Below, piece after piece: positions 1-13,912 of a stretch of 64,000 nt of DNA. Each line of letters begins with the position of its first letter. Position 1 is the first letter of the stretch. This stretch comes from Lepidodermella squamata (lineage: Eukaryota > Animalia > Gastrotricha). A model generated the notes under the pieces. The model was not told where the DNA came from. It did no database searches and saw only the letters and a program-made list of their open reading frames with translations. Where the stretch lies: positions 682,001 through 746,000 of the forward strand of contig JBLDXI010000055.1 of NCBI GenBank assembly GCA_047495785.1. Direction: 5' to 3'. The position numbers and the translations under genes are program-made.

Positions 1-3000
1 TATCAGCCCGGCCTCGTTTAACACTGCTGTTCTGCGCTCCGCCAGCACCATCGCCCGGAATTTGCACTTCTTGATTGACATCGCCGACCCATGGCAGTTG
101 AGCGAAGAATTCGATCATGTACATATGGATATTAGCCATGCACTCCGAAATTCGTTTTCTCAGGTCTTTGCCATCCGGTGAATGGCCGGTAATTCGGGAA
201 ATTTCTGTGAATACGCTGGTTGATTTGTCACTGATGTAATAAGTGACATGATCCACCAGGGCCTAAATTTTGGAATTTACAAGATGGAAGAAGACTTCAT
301 GTAGCAAACAGACCTCTGGAGCCCAATCAACAATCCAGTTGACGGAGCAGCTTTTCAGCACACCAGGATATGTCCTGTTAAGTGGAATTGACATGCAAGC
401 TAAAGGAGTGAAACAAATCGAGTCGAACTAACGTGAAAGCATTCTTGAGAAGAGGATCATCGGGTGTTACGATGATAATAATGCGGAGGCCTTCACTGAC
501 GTAGCGCAAGAACAACTGAAACGGGTTATTGCTGAGCAGCGGAGCAGCCGCCGCATTTCGACGCGATCGAATTTGAGGTATCATCGTCTGTTTTTTGCGA
601 TAAAAATTGTTAATTTCCAGGAAAATTAAGAATAACGACGCAAGCAAAACAAACTGAGGTGAAATAAACACGCCCCGAGAAAAATCACTCTCTAATTCGC
701 TATTGCAGACGAAAGTTAGCCTAATTTAAAACTATAAAAGCGGTAAAAATAGAAAAAACTAAATTAAAATAAGGAAAACACGCGGCAACAAGGACCTTTT
801 TAACCGCTGCTTTGAAGGATGCGCTCTGTATGTATAGCAAGGAGAGTCAAATACACAGGTAAAGATTGATAGAAGAAAGATGAACATAAAAACCAGTTTC
901 TAATTTCTGAAATCACGAACGTGTAGTTCAGTAGCCTCAGATAACAAATTTGCTATATCCTCAAACACGATGTGCTTCTAATAATGGTGCATCAAAAATA
1001 ATGGGAGAAATAAAAATTACCACTATACTCAAATTAAAATAACATCGATTTATTACCTGTAGCAAGGCTTCAAGTTCGTCATTCGACAAAAGCTGGTGGT
1101 GAAATGATGACACGAGAATGCTGTTGAGTAGATCCCACATTTTGGGCTCGCGAAGTTCGGACGATTTCACGATAATTGCGCGATTTGAAGGTTCCAGTCC
1201 AGTGACCCGAATCAGCGACCGCATATCAGCCAGGAAAGTATCACTCGTCGACGTATCAATGTCGCAAAGCTGGGTGTCTGCAATATGCAACGACAGCCGG
1301 CAGAGTTCAATGATTTTGAAGCCATGTTGAGCCAGCAGTAGTAACCGGCAGCTGTCAGGTTTTGTCAACAATCGATGCATCCGAACGATTTGCTCCAAGA
1401 TAGCGTCAGTCAACGCAACATCGAAATCGCGGTTAGAAACGTCTTCCATGTAATGGGTCAGGTATTCGTTGACATTATCACGAATACTGGCGATGGATTC
1501 AACGATCGTTAGTTCAGACTTTTCGCGGAATTGCGTTTTCTGAGGGTTCTTGAATGCCGAAAATTCGGGGATAGTGACGAAAATCTGAGCCAACTTTGAA
1601 GTCATATCAGGCCAGCGTTCGTTAATTGCATTGTCGACAATCGACCGGAACCAGTAAATATCGCTGGCTCGGCATAAGCGATCGGCAAATGTCCGCATCA
1701 TCTCGTGTCTCCAGTACGAGACAACGTGAATCACGTCGCCGCGGTGCTCATCTTCAAGTCGGCGTAGAGATTGGAAAGATGCGACGAGATCGCGAACAGA
1801 GAACAGGTAGTGAGTTCTACCCGGGCACGGGGCTGGTTTCAGAACGTTAACAACCTCATTCAAGACATTGCAAGCCGCTGATACTAACGAGCTATGCAAG
1901 TCAATCTCGAGCAACTGGCCCTGACCGCTATGCATGGTTTGATTAAGGATCGCGCTCAGGACGGATTTCAACTCGTCACCCTCCGGTGCGTTAAGGTGGA
2001 CAAGGGTGAAATGGCGCGTGAAGCGATGGTTGATTGCGCCTAATGAGGCTGTCCTAACCGCAGAGCTGTTCGAGGAGGCGATAGTCGCGGCTCCTATCAA
2101 CAAAATATTTTCGATTTGATGCCACTCGTAAGGAGCCTTAGTCGTGACTAAAAACCCATCGTCTGCAACCTGGCGCAGTAATTCAAGTGATTGCTTCTCT
2201 GGTAAGTTGACATCGTCCACGAATATAGCGAGGCGTTTCCGGTCTTTTGCGCCGTAAACATAGCCCTGACGATGGACGACGTTGGCCTCAACAAGGGACT
2301 GGAGACCATCAGCACTGGTCGAGCATGAGCCAACAGCCGACTTAACGATGGTTTTCTTCGAGTCAGTTCGAATTAGGAATTCGTTGATTAGCATAGTTTT
2401 GGCTGAAGCAGTTCCACCGAGAATCAGGGCGTTACGGCCAACAGCCCAACAGCAGTTGAGAATCAGACGAGCTCTGATTGTATCCACCGTGTCAACGATA
2501 GACATTGGCGAATCGACTACCTGATTTTCAGGGATCCTGAAATGAGATAAAAAAATAATCTCATAATACGTCAAATATAAGGAAAAGCGGCTAAAAACAA
2601 AATGTTCTTCACATTTGGACGTATAAATGATTCGGGCTACGTCTCTACACCACATTCTTCTTTTCAATTTTTCAACTACGGCTAAAGCTTTCGGGAGGGT
2701 GGTTCCCAAACTCACCACATTTTAGCGGATGCGACCAATCTAGCTCTGATTTTCAATTTTTATAAAATGTCAACTCATTCAAAATTATGTTTTTTATTAG
2801 CTTACTTGGTAATCCATGTATCCCATTCTCCAGTCTCGTCAACGTAGTAGTCAAAAACCGAAATTTCTCGATCATCGTCCGGCAGAACATTGGTAACAGA
2901 TTTCAATCCGTCTCCAAAGGCCTTGTGGTCAGTCTCAGCTAGCACGCTGCCAAACGTTGTAATGATCGAGAAAATGAACAGCCGTTCGAGATGTGTCTCC

Positions 3001-6000
3001 TGAGTCAAGGACTGATTATCCGAAATCAGCGCCCCGAGTAGGCTCAGACAGCCTGAGAGAAGGCCGAGTTCGTTGATGCAAGACAGCGCTGGTTTGTTGT
3101 CTTGCAAGAATTGAAAAACGAAATCGAACGTGCGTTCAAACGAGTGGTCGAGAACGCGTCGAACCATGTCCGTCTGAGATGCTAGCCACATTTGGGTCAA
3201 TGGGCGCCATGAGGATATGTCCATATCGAAGTAGACAACACCCATTCGCGAGACAGTGGCTGGCGAGGCGGTTGTGATTGTATCGGTCTCGAAAATTATC
3301 CGAACCCTAGGTCCAAGGAATAACTGGTCGCCGTTTCCGAACGTGAATGTCTTCCGCGTGTCCAACAGACCGGCAAAATATTCTGTCCACAGAGGGTCAA
3401 GAGGAGCGTCCAAGCTAAGCCAAGTTACACTTTCATTCTGTTTAAAGATAAAAAATTAAAAAATACATGGTTGAATACTTTTCACGTACCCTGTTCGCTT
3501 TTTTCAGCACAGCGGTGAAAACGCCATCTCGCCATGTACCATCCGGTCTCAACTCGCCAAAAATCGTCGCAACATTGTCACTGACCATCGGATATATCTT
3601 CTGAATGCGATGGCTCAGCCCGGCCAGTGTCTCAGGTGACGCCTCTCCCATCGAAAAGCGCTGGTCGTTTGTCGTTGGAACAGCAATAGAAGCCAGGGCG
3701 TCGACCAAAGTTCGCAAAGCCGCTGATTTTCCGACACCAGACGGCCCGGCGATTATGACTCCAGGGCAAACTCGGGAGATTTCGTATAGTTGCAAGCATT
3801 TTTCCAGCCAAGTTCCAATATTCGTAACAAGGCCTTGTTTCTTGGCCGATTCAACTACCAACGTTTCCAGTGGGCGTTTTTCAGCAGCTGATTGAATGTC
3901 AATAACAGTTTGGAAGCGGCGAACTAAAGGCAGGCCACTGAAAACATCCGAGACAATTTGACTGAATAGCGGGGCTTGGTCGGACGGGATACGGGAGCCG
4001 ATGAGTAGCTTCACAAAATGACCAACCAAGGCGTGGTCAGCTTTGACAGAGTTCGACAACGGTGGAATATTTCCGTGCCTTCGAACCACTTTGCGACGTT
4101 GTTTATTCACTACAATGCATTAGAGAAATAATTATAAAGCTAGCGCTTAGATGGAAAAATTAGTTCATTTCTTAGGACAGAATTATCAGTTTTCCAAAAT
4201 GTTGAGGGAAATTGCGCGTATATCCAACGGCATGCTACTTCTAAAGGCCGTCGTTGTTATTTTGATACATTTTTTCTAAAAGCCCATAATATGTAACACA
4301 AGACGAAACTAATAACTTTACGTGTTATTATTGAACGATAAAAAATAGTAACCTGGAACTGAAAATGCGTCTGAAATTTGCGAGGTGTTAATGAAATCAA
4401 AATTTGATTGAAAGTTAGTTTAAAATTTGACAACGTATGAACTTTCCAACCTTTGTTATCAGACTGAGATTGAACCCGAGATTGGGCTCGCGGAGTGGTA
4501 CTTTCCACCCCTGCGTTACCTAACAAAGCGATCAAAATTAGGGTTACAAACGGAAACAAATAAACGGTTTTCCCTAGCTATTTTTCGAAGATAAAAATTA
4601 GTGATTAAATATGGAAAACTAACCGCTTTCGTCCCCAGGTTGCTCCAGTTCGAACTGCTCTTGCTCTATAGATTTTCGAGGAGGCACAGTTTCGTTGGCC
4701 GTCGCAGCAATCAGAGCCGCTTCGTAGGCTCTGGCCGATCTGCGACGCAATGCCGCTCTTTCCAAAACGCGAAGCATCGCCGATAGATTTACGGTTTTTG
4801 CAGTGCTTTCGCGCAGGTAAGAAGCCGATAACTCCATAACTGCGGTCAAACGAGCCGATAAACACTGCCAGGAACGGAATCCCAGTTCACAGGCCCTAAT
4901 TCTGAGCAGGAAGTGAGGCGATGGCAGGGAAATCGCAACAGGGCGGAAGGTCGATAACAGGGAAGATGGGACGCTACCGGTGCCGAGATTTACCGCAGAT
5001 GACGTGTATGAGATGAAAAGTCGAGCGTCCGGGCTCAAATCGATTTGTTCTCCTCCGGCCATAATGCATGTTGGGCTAGCAGCTCGAAGCGCTGACATTA
5101 TCGCCTGGCAGAATCCTGATAGCAAAAGGGCTGAACTTTCAACGAGCAGTTCAACATCGTCCAAGCAACACCAGTCTCCACTCATAGCCATGCCTTGCAC
5201 AATTCTGAGAAAAAAATTTAGAATTATATTTTTGACCCTTTCGAATAACAAACCGGCCAATAGCTGCGGAAGAAAGCTCACGAAGACAGCCGACAAGAGC
5301 GATAAATCGGCCGCTTAACTGAGCAAAACCTTGAATTGTTTCTGTTTTTCCGGAACCCGATGGTCCGACTATCGCAGCGCCTCGAAGTCGGTGAATGCTC
5401 TCGGATAAACTGATGAAGCATCGCTCAGTGTCGGGTCCTATGGCGAGAATCGGCCGAGAGCCGTAGAACTCACCACCGTAAGAATGGCCAGCATCAAGTA
5501 CCGTGAGGAGAGGTCGAATGAATTCGCCTTCTTTCACAGGGTAACATTTGATGCACTTCCGCCAATCGAACTCGATAGGATCCCGCATTTTCTGATTAGC
5601 CATTCCTTCCACGATATCGCGGAGATATAGCGAATACTACAAAATCATATGTACAAATTTTATTTAAAATAAATTCAATGAAATACCGATATGAGAGTGT
5701 CAAGTCTAGTGCGTTGAATGTAGCTAATAGGCACCATATCGCGACCGGTAACTCGGCCAGTTACAGACATTTGTACCAGTCTACCTGCGTAAACCGCAAA
5801 CTTTTTCGACGAAGCTGTCAGGGCGCGTCTCTCGGCCTTCAACTCGGCAATGCCTAGGTCACATTCGATAGTCCATGCCATGAGCAGGCCAGTCGAGCAG
5901 CACTGGGTGCAGTATTTCAGCACCCACTCATCGGGCGGGACGCCGCTTGTCATATCTCGGACTAGGGACATGAACTGGCTATCGAGCGAACGCCGCGTAC

Positions 6001-9000
6001 TTCTACGCAAACGGTCAAGCCAGGCTTCCATGGCACCGTCGAGAATGACTCGATCGACCAGTCTCAGTTCTTCACCGTCCCAACTCACTAATTCAGTTGC
6101 TTCCAAGACTCGAATTTCTTCGAACAGCTTCTCGGACGGAAGAGCCCTGAGACGCTCCGCCGGCACTGAACTTGCGCCCTTTTAAAAAACACCCAAATAT
6201 TTCATATCAAGTAAGCAAAGGAATTAGAGGAAATCATAAAAAACCAAACTTCAGACCAACTAAACATATAAAGCCTCAGGCAAACCTGGTGTCTCATTTT
6301 CTCAAACATTGACGGCTGCATTCAAGAAAAGCACAAGAAAAGCGCGTGAGCTATTATCATGCAAAACGTGATTCGATATAAGCAATACCTGGTGGTTTTG
6401 TTATAGCACTGTTATCCCAATCAAAGCATTAGCTTTTGCTCTTTCTAAAGGGTATGTGTTGAATTTTTCACGCCTTATACTCTCATTAATTACCTCCAAT
6501 AGAAGCTCAGAAAGAACTTCCAACGACTGTTTACATATTCAAGTTATCATAGGTGAATTTGGACCCTCTGATTCAACTTACAATATCGACCGCAAGCTTA
6601 CGATCCAACTTAAAATTTGTTGTTATTTCAAAATTCCGGGGAGTTTAATTTGAGCAACTACTCACCTTTTCCGGTTGAGCACTTCCAGGTGTCATTGAAG
6701 ATCGCAATCTGAAAGCGTTTTCTTCGCTCGTGACGTTGGCAGTTGAATTAAGACGCTGCCTTTCAGCTGTTTTGGCTTCATTTACAACCAAGCGAATGTC
6801 GCCGGTATTCGCAAATAGCGACTTCATAACCGGCCGCAATGACTCGAGCGAGTATGGCCGGCTCAGAGCCGCTAGCAATGCTGCGTTCGACAGCAGGGCA
6901 AATCTCGGATAGGTGATTCGTTTTGCGTCGATGTAGGACTGCAAATTTGCGCAGCATTGTTCGAGATCTTGCCGAAGTTGCAGCAATAGCGACAATCTCG
7001 AGCCGGAATCGCCGGTAATGCAACACTGAATAACGTTGCGAGTTTCATGGGCTTTGATCATCAGTTTAACCCAAGTTTTCTCCGTTGACAAGAACTTTTC
7101 AGCGATTTGAGGTAGTTCCTTTGCGGTTTCTGGTTGCGAGAAAACAACTTCCAGTTCCTGCCATCGATCTTGAACTTGAAGCCACAGGTCCAATATTTGA
7201 GCTACGTCTCTCAACCGCTCAGCCCAGCTGGCGACTTCTGACCGAAGCGGGGCAACGTGTCGGCTGGTTAGCATGGTAGCGAGCTTAATTTGAGCATCTT
7301 CAAGCTGCTCAACAAGTCGCCCGGTAAATTGAGCCGCCAGGAGCAACGGGCCTCGCTGGCCGTAGGGGGCGAAAGCCAGCTGTTGTTCGGTCCATTCTTC
7401 TTGAATTTTACGCAAATTCATCTCAAGATCCATTTCTTTAGCAGCATTGCTGCATATTTCCTCAATTCCTACGAAGCAACAATTATGAAAGATGAGAGCT
7501 GAAAATAATCAATTTTTTCTACCTGACATATGCTTCAACAAAGGCAATTTCAACAGGTGAGCCATTGAGAGGACATTTGTTTCGATGGAAAACTGCTGAC
7601 CAGTCAAAGACATGACTTGAAGCCAATGGCGGCTTCGAATATGCTGTAATTACACAAGTAAAATTAATATCAAGCATTAATTAGCAGCTAGAACTGAAAA
7701 TCGAACAGAAATTGTTCATCCCAAACAAAAATTAAGTGAAAACTAGTTCTGCAACAAAATAAAATCATCTCAGTAAGCCCAACCTTGATGTCGTCTTGAG
7801 GACCTCCCTGATTCAGGGGAAATCAAGTTAAAAAGTTGATAGGATAGATAGATCAGATTAGCGAGATCAATTAAGCCGAAATTCAAAATATTACGAAAAA
7901 TAGCCATAAGTTTCAAGTTTAGCTATGTAGAAACCATTCAAATCCATACCTTGGCAGCTAGTTTTTCGATCAAAGGCAGAACTTCTCGATAGAAATTGAT
8001 GCTTTCTTTCAAATGCGAACACGCCTCCCATTTTTGGAGTCGGTCAGGTAGATTGATGACCTTATTCCAAAAGGAAGTGACCTGGCTAGTTGCCTGAACG
8101 TGGTTGAGATCGACCCACAGAGTCTGATGAAATTTCTCGTCAAAATCGATGAATTCTTGATAGACTGAGTAAAGTTGAGTCAGCAAATTCAGCTCCTCTT
8201 CCAGCCTTGATAGCTCAGTGAAAGGCCGAGCAGGAATGCCGAACAACCGAGCTACCGTATGCAGAACCTGACGCTTTCTGTCGTAGTCAGCAAAGTGAAT
8301 TTTGAACTCATTCAGCCGACGCGCCGCCTCAACCGGAGCGATTCCCGATACGCCTGGGCCATGCGCATCGAAACGATTTCGGAACTGAATAACTTCAAGA
8401 ACGAAAGCTTTCGTTTGCTTATCCAATTCTTGCTCGAAAGCTGATCGGCGATCTCGAAGCAACGAAACACGAAGCGCATCCAATCGAACTACTAACTCGG
8501 CCCAGCGGTGGCGCAAACTTTCTACCCTGTCTGTTTCTTCGCGAGGGACAGCCACGTCTGAACGCCTGGAAAATTAAGAAAAATATCATTAGTAGAAGAA
8601 AATGCAACAGTTAAATGAAATTGCGGGAAATTTGGCGTAGAGGTATTAAATAAGCAGGTGATTCAGAATTTGATCACTCCAACGCAGAAAAACTCTGGGT
8701 TCATGTCACAAAAGTCTTACCGAAGAACGGCACTAAATTTACAACACACGTTCGCACCTAAACTACTTCAAGCAATGTGAAACTAAAACTTACTCGATTC
8801 TACGGTACAGGGTTTCTATTTCGGTGAAGCGAGCGTCTGAATTTAGCTGGACATCGGCAGTTTCGTCAAATAGAGCTATGATAGCACTTAGATCCTCAAG
8901 TCTGTCGGTTGGGCTGTCAAGCCTTAGCGCAACTGAGTCCATGTAAAGCCACATTTTGTCGAGATGCGCCCGAGCACGATCGTGAAGCTTGCGTGAAAAC

Positions 9001-12000
9001 TTGTATTTCCATTGGCGAACTGCGGCGTCCAATGCGTGGATGATTGGTTCAAGACCGAGCTGGAAAACGGCGTGGTTGATGCGTTTAGGTACTGTTTTTA
9101 TCGCATCTTCAAGTCGGTGTATGGCCTCTAGGCTCAAATCGACAGTGGCAAGGGACGAAGATGCCACGGCTTCAGCTAAAACACAGCCGGAAGAATCGTG
9201 CCATATCCAATCGTAATGAGCACAAGCTCGGAGAATCGCGTCGAATACGATCTTTGAATTATTGAACTTCATTTGCTGACGTTCGATGAACTCATTCAAA
9301 ATTTCAGCAGCTGAAACTTCGATATTGTAGTCTAAAAAGAGGAAAGTCTTCAATTGCTTCAGCGTGAATAAATTCAAAAATAACCTTTCTCAAAACCGCA
9401 AATCTGTAGTGCCACAGATTTGCATGCGTCAAATATTTCAACAGGAGCTGGTTCCACTCGAATTTTAGGTAGAGTGTAGTCAACAATGATTCGAATTCTG
9501 CAATTTAATAGTTAAAAAACGTCATTTAGAGAAAATAGAACTCACGAAAGAGGGCCAGGTATACACGCTTGCTCGAGTTGATGCCAATTAACGACTTCAA
9601 CATGCGTTGCAAAGTCTCCCAAAGATGAAATACTTTCCAAACTAGTATCTGAACGTTGAGCAGCTGATGGGAGTTCATCCTCGACGGTAATAAATGGCGT
9701 GAAAGAAACAACGTGGTCGAGCTGAATAAGGCTCTTGCGCAGCATTATTTCGATGGCTTGGTTAACGGACGGCATTATCTCAGTCATTACAATTCCAATC
9801 ATGCTGTCAAGTTCTTTATCTGAATCAAAAGAGCCACCGCGGCGGGATGAAACGGTATCAGGTCCGGCAAATGCGATCTTCTCGTTGCCAGCGTAAACTC
9901 TAGTGACCAGTTTACGAACACTTTCTTGTATCTCTAGAAGCCTTAGCGCGGCATTTTGAGACCGTCCTCTAACTATTGTCGCGGCTCTCGCACGGAATTC
10001 TTCGAGCGTCTGCAATAAATTCAACAGATTAATGAATTCATGAGAGTAAAACAAAAATACCATAAGGGAGCAGTCATCAAAGCAGCCGTGGTCCAATAGA
10101 GCTATTGATTGAAGCTCTTTAACCTTCGCGTATACTTCTGTATCGAGATCACTCAAAAATGTGTCGACGATAGACCTGAAATTTGCAGCCGCAGACTCAG
10201 CAGAATGCAGATAAGCCTCTGAAGCATTAATTTTTTTAATTATTCTTAAAAGGCTGCTTTGTTTTACCGATATTAACGCTGTTCCACGCCAACGTCGAAA
10301 GACCTGGGTGCAAAATTGTCATCACTCGGCGATGATGAGCCGCGAAAATTGGTCTGAACCTAGGCAGAAGACGGTCAACCGAAGAGGCAAACTGCTTGAC
10401 GGCATGGGAGAGCTTTCCGTAGCACTTCTTAAAAGTAAGTTCAAAGGTGAGAAGTTGAATGGCAGCTTTGGGCAGCTCAATTCCAAGTCTTTGCAAATAA
10501 TGGGATTCTGCGATATGCTCGCGTATACGCGGATCAGCATTAACGATCAGCTGACTACTTTCTGGATCCTGGTATAGCAGAGTCAAACGGAAACTCTCCG
10601 TGACTCCGTTAACTTCTCGGCGCCAGCGCTGCAAACACATAGCTTCATATGCAACCAGTGGTGCCGCAAGGGCGTTATACATCCTGGAAACGCGACCAAA
10701 GTCTCGAAGTGAATTGATAGCTGCTTGAGATCTGAAAATCCTCATCGGCTCCTCGATTCTTTGCAAAAGCATACGGCACCACTCAACGATGCCACCGATC
10801 GGCGGAGCGTCCCGTGAGACCGGAGGAGCATTCTATGAATATTCACATTTACTTTTATTTCTAGGTATACCATCGAATCTTACTTTGCCCTCTTCGTATA
10901 TTTCCTGAATTTGACGAAGTTCAGGTTGGAACCAGATAAACGCATCGACGTATTTTTCTTGGAGAACTTCGCGAATTGCCTCGCGTCCCTCGAGTGGTTC
11001 GAACTTTTTTAGTAACTGAATCGCCTTGAAAACGGGTTGCTTCCGCAGGAAAACGACGTTCAAATAGGCGCACAGAAACTTTTCAAACTCAGATAGGCGA
11101 ACTGAGAATTCGAGGAAGCTCTTCGTAAAGAACTCTTTGTTCTGTTGTGCAATTTATCAAAATTGGATAATTTCAAGTTTCAACGGCAAATCTTTACCTC
11201 TGTCTCAACATCGAGAAGAATAGCCGATGACAAATTGGTCGTAAACGAGGAAAGGACATCGTTGTACAGGCCTTTAGTAACGTTAGCAATTGTAACGAGT
11301 TCCGGATCACTCGAAGCTCCGACGAGAAATCGCCCTATTTTTCAATAAATATCTATACACTGTTACGTAATCAGACTAAATGTTTACTCAATGAATTTAT
11401 TTCCTCAGGGCTTATAACTGGCTTGCGATCATCGTCTTCATCTTCAGATTCCGCGGTGGTATTCTCGCGAGACTCCGCATCTTTGCTGATGGTTTCAAGC
11501 AAAGACGGAGCTCGGTCAAGATCCGAGATTTTTTTCTGTTGTTTCTCCGCAGTGTCTTCTTCTCGCTCGGAGATGACGGTGAGACGTCTGGCAGACATGA
11601 GCCCACTAGGTTCAGTTTGAAGGTCTACTTGCGATACGCTAGCCGTTTCGGACATTTGGTCGGCAGTAGTTACAGGTGAGTCAAGATTGTTTAGCACGTC
11701 AGCCGAAATCCTCGGTAAATCTGATGCAGCACTTCCAAAGCTGATGAAAATATATTAAAAGATGAAATCGTTATTGCAATAATTCCCACCTCATCAGCTG
11801 TTTCATTGACAAAGACAAATCCAAAAGTGTGTGAAGGCGGCGGCAGAATTCGTCAAAATGCCCGAAGATCGTCTCATCGTCAGTGAGCGCAACACTGCCA
11901 CCGTTTCTGTTGCTGTTGCGGTAGCCGTCGGCAGTAGCGCTGGCATGTTTAGACGTTACTCTGCGAGTAGACGCGTCAAAACTTGAAATTTTATGATAAT

Positions 12001-13632
12001 CATTGATCTTACTTGCTGCCCATTACAGAGTTTCCTTGGGATCCGCCGTGCGACGTTGTCAAATTTATTGAGTCTCGCATTCGCGATAACTGATTTCTGT
12101 ATGTGAAATATAGTTGAATACAAGCATGCAGTCTGCTGCAGAGCGTCTGTGATGGCTCCGTGACGTCGTTCGTAGCTCGCTTTCTCCCCTTAAAACATTC
12201 GGTGTATAAAATATAAAACATAGCCTTTGGATAAACAACTGACTTTCTGTCGGGATTCATTCGATTTGGAAATTAATTCAGCGATGTAATCAATCGATAA
12301 GTTGTGCAGATCTTCCTCAAGTGCCGGCCAAAAGTTGTCTTGCTCACCTCGCATTGTGACATCACTAATATAGCTTTTGCATACGCTTATCAGCTGATTA
12401 GTCAATTTCGCCATTAGAAGACCGAGAAATCCGGATCTTGCATGGAAGCGAGATACCGAATCTGCTTGGACCAGAGCATTCATCAAATTAGGCAACGTCG
12501 AATCTCCTATTGTTTGCGGAGTTGCACTTGCTGCATAGAATTCTTCAAATTGCCGGCTCATTGACGTCATGAATTTCAACCGATCCTTAGCTTCATTCAG
12601 TGCATCAGTTATTCTGTTATTTACAAAAATTTATTGGAAATTTCAATTCGTGAAATAATTGCATACTGAGAATCAACCAATCGCCACCTTTTTAGAACTT
12701 TGGATTTAGATGCAACTAACAATGTGAGAATGGTTTTGCAGGCTTTGGATTTCAGTTGCTCCGTCAGAGCATTTAACATTTTCTGCCTGTGTCGCCAGCG
12801 ATCAAGTTCTGACAATGGTCCCTCGGATGAAGATACACTTGAAAATTTAGCAGAAAATTTGAAGGGGATAAGAGCAGCTGAGAACACAGCCTACCTTGAT
12901 TCCTGAGAGAATCCCACGATCAGATTTTCTATAGTCGATATCCAGCTGGAAACTGTCGAATCAAGTAAATTGACGATCTGCGGTTCGTTCTGAAAGTTAA
13001 CACCGTCAACAAGTAGCTCTGGTGGAACTGCAAGTATGTTCTGAAAAAATTAACTTTATAAAGACAAGAATTTGGTGAGAGCATTTATATACCTCATGAG
13101 CAGCATCTTCTGTTATCGCGGAGATGCTTCGAGCAAACTCGACTGATTTTTCGACTGAGTTCACAAGGCTGTTTTTACTATCTTCAGGGCACTGTCCCCA
13201 TTCTTTTCGACATTTCAAAAGAGGGAGAATTACTCGACGAAACATGCTGACAAAATTATCCAACACCTTCCCTCTCATGCTTCCGACAATAACATCTTTC
13301 TCGAATTGAGACAACGGTACATCGTTACTTGTGGTTGGTCTGAAAAAATAGAGCAAGCATATCTCTGTTTTTTCAGCCCCATTCCTCTGAAAATTTTCGG
13401 AATCTAGGGCCAGTGAACACTTCAGATCCCTTAAAGAAAGCTGATAGGACGATCCAACAGACTCATAGAAGAAAAATAACTGCTGAGAGCCATTTCCAGA
13501 GAGAAAATAGTTGACCTTGTCCAATATATCCTCTTGCAACATGTATTCTTCGATAGCCGATTGATTTTGTAAGTCATTTGACTCAAAACAGCTCTTGATA
13601 TGAGCCGCAATCCATAAGTGCCGTTCATCCAT
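1..13632 (-). CDS. Divergent axonemal dynein heavy chain, outer-arm gamma/DNAH5-8-like (multi-exon; 3' part lies outside the window)
   Basis: The N-terminus MDERHLWIAAHIKSCF...QLFFFYE resembles the DNAH5/8 N-terminus. Tail motifs GPLSELDRWRHR and linker EMNLRKIQEEW...KRITYPRFALLSN are present. P-loops: AAA1 GPSGSGKTET, AAA2 GPSGVGKS (with DGTWRDG and ASPATVSRMG), AAA3 GGTASAKT (with IFVDDVNLP and HYLFSVRDL). Many GT-AG introns join the ORF-track fragments. Confidence 0.93.
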
Positions 13633-13899
13633 TGTGACTAAATTCTAAAAGTATTGCTTTCGAGTGAATTGCGGCAGATGGCAAATTCACAGAATTTCAA
13701 ACAAGGAACAAGCGGTGTTGCTTAACCAATACAATACAATCGTTTCTTTATTGACCGATCAATGATCCAATCAACAATAATACTAAAAAGATATTGCTTT
13801 GATATAGAGGTATTGCTTAGCCGAAGCATGGAACGAAAGTGCTAAAAATAACATCCAGGTCACGGGGTGGAGTCGCTGCATAGGCTGCATACCAAAGCT

Positions 13900-13912
13900 G
13901 TTGCTAGGAGAC
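13900..13912. promoter_or_regulatory. Putative RFX X-box upstream of the dynein gene
   Basis: GTTGCTAGGAGAC (reverse complement GTCTCCTAGCAAC) is an imperfect-palindrome X-box about 270 nt upstream of the dynein ATG. RFX is the established regulator of ciliary genes. Confidence 0.55.

Noticed and set aside
1118-13309. Many plus-strand ORFs of 60-112 aa over the dynein gene, and similar antisense ORFs over other genes
   Set aside because: They are shadow frames of real coding exons with no motifs of their own.
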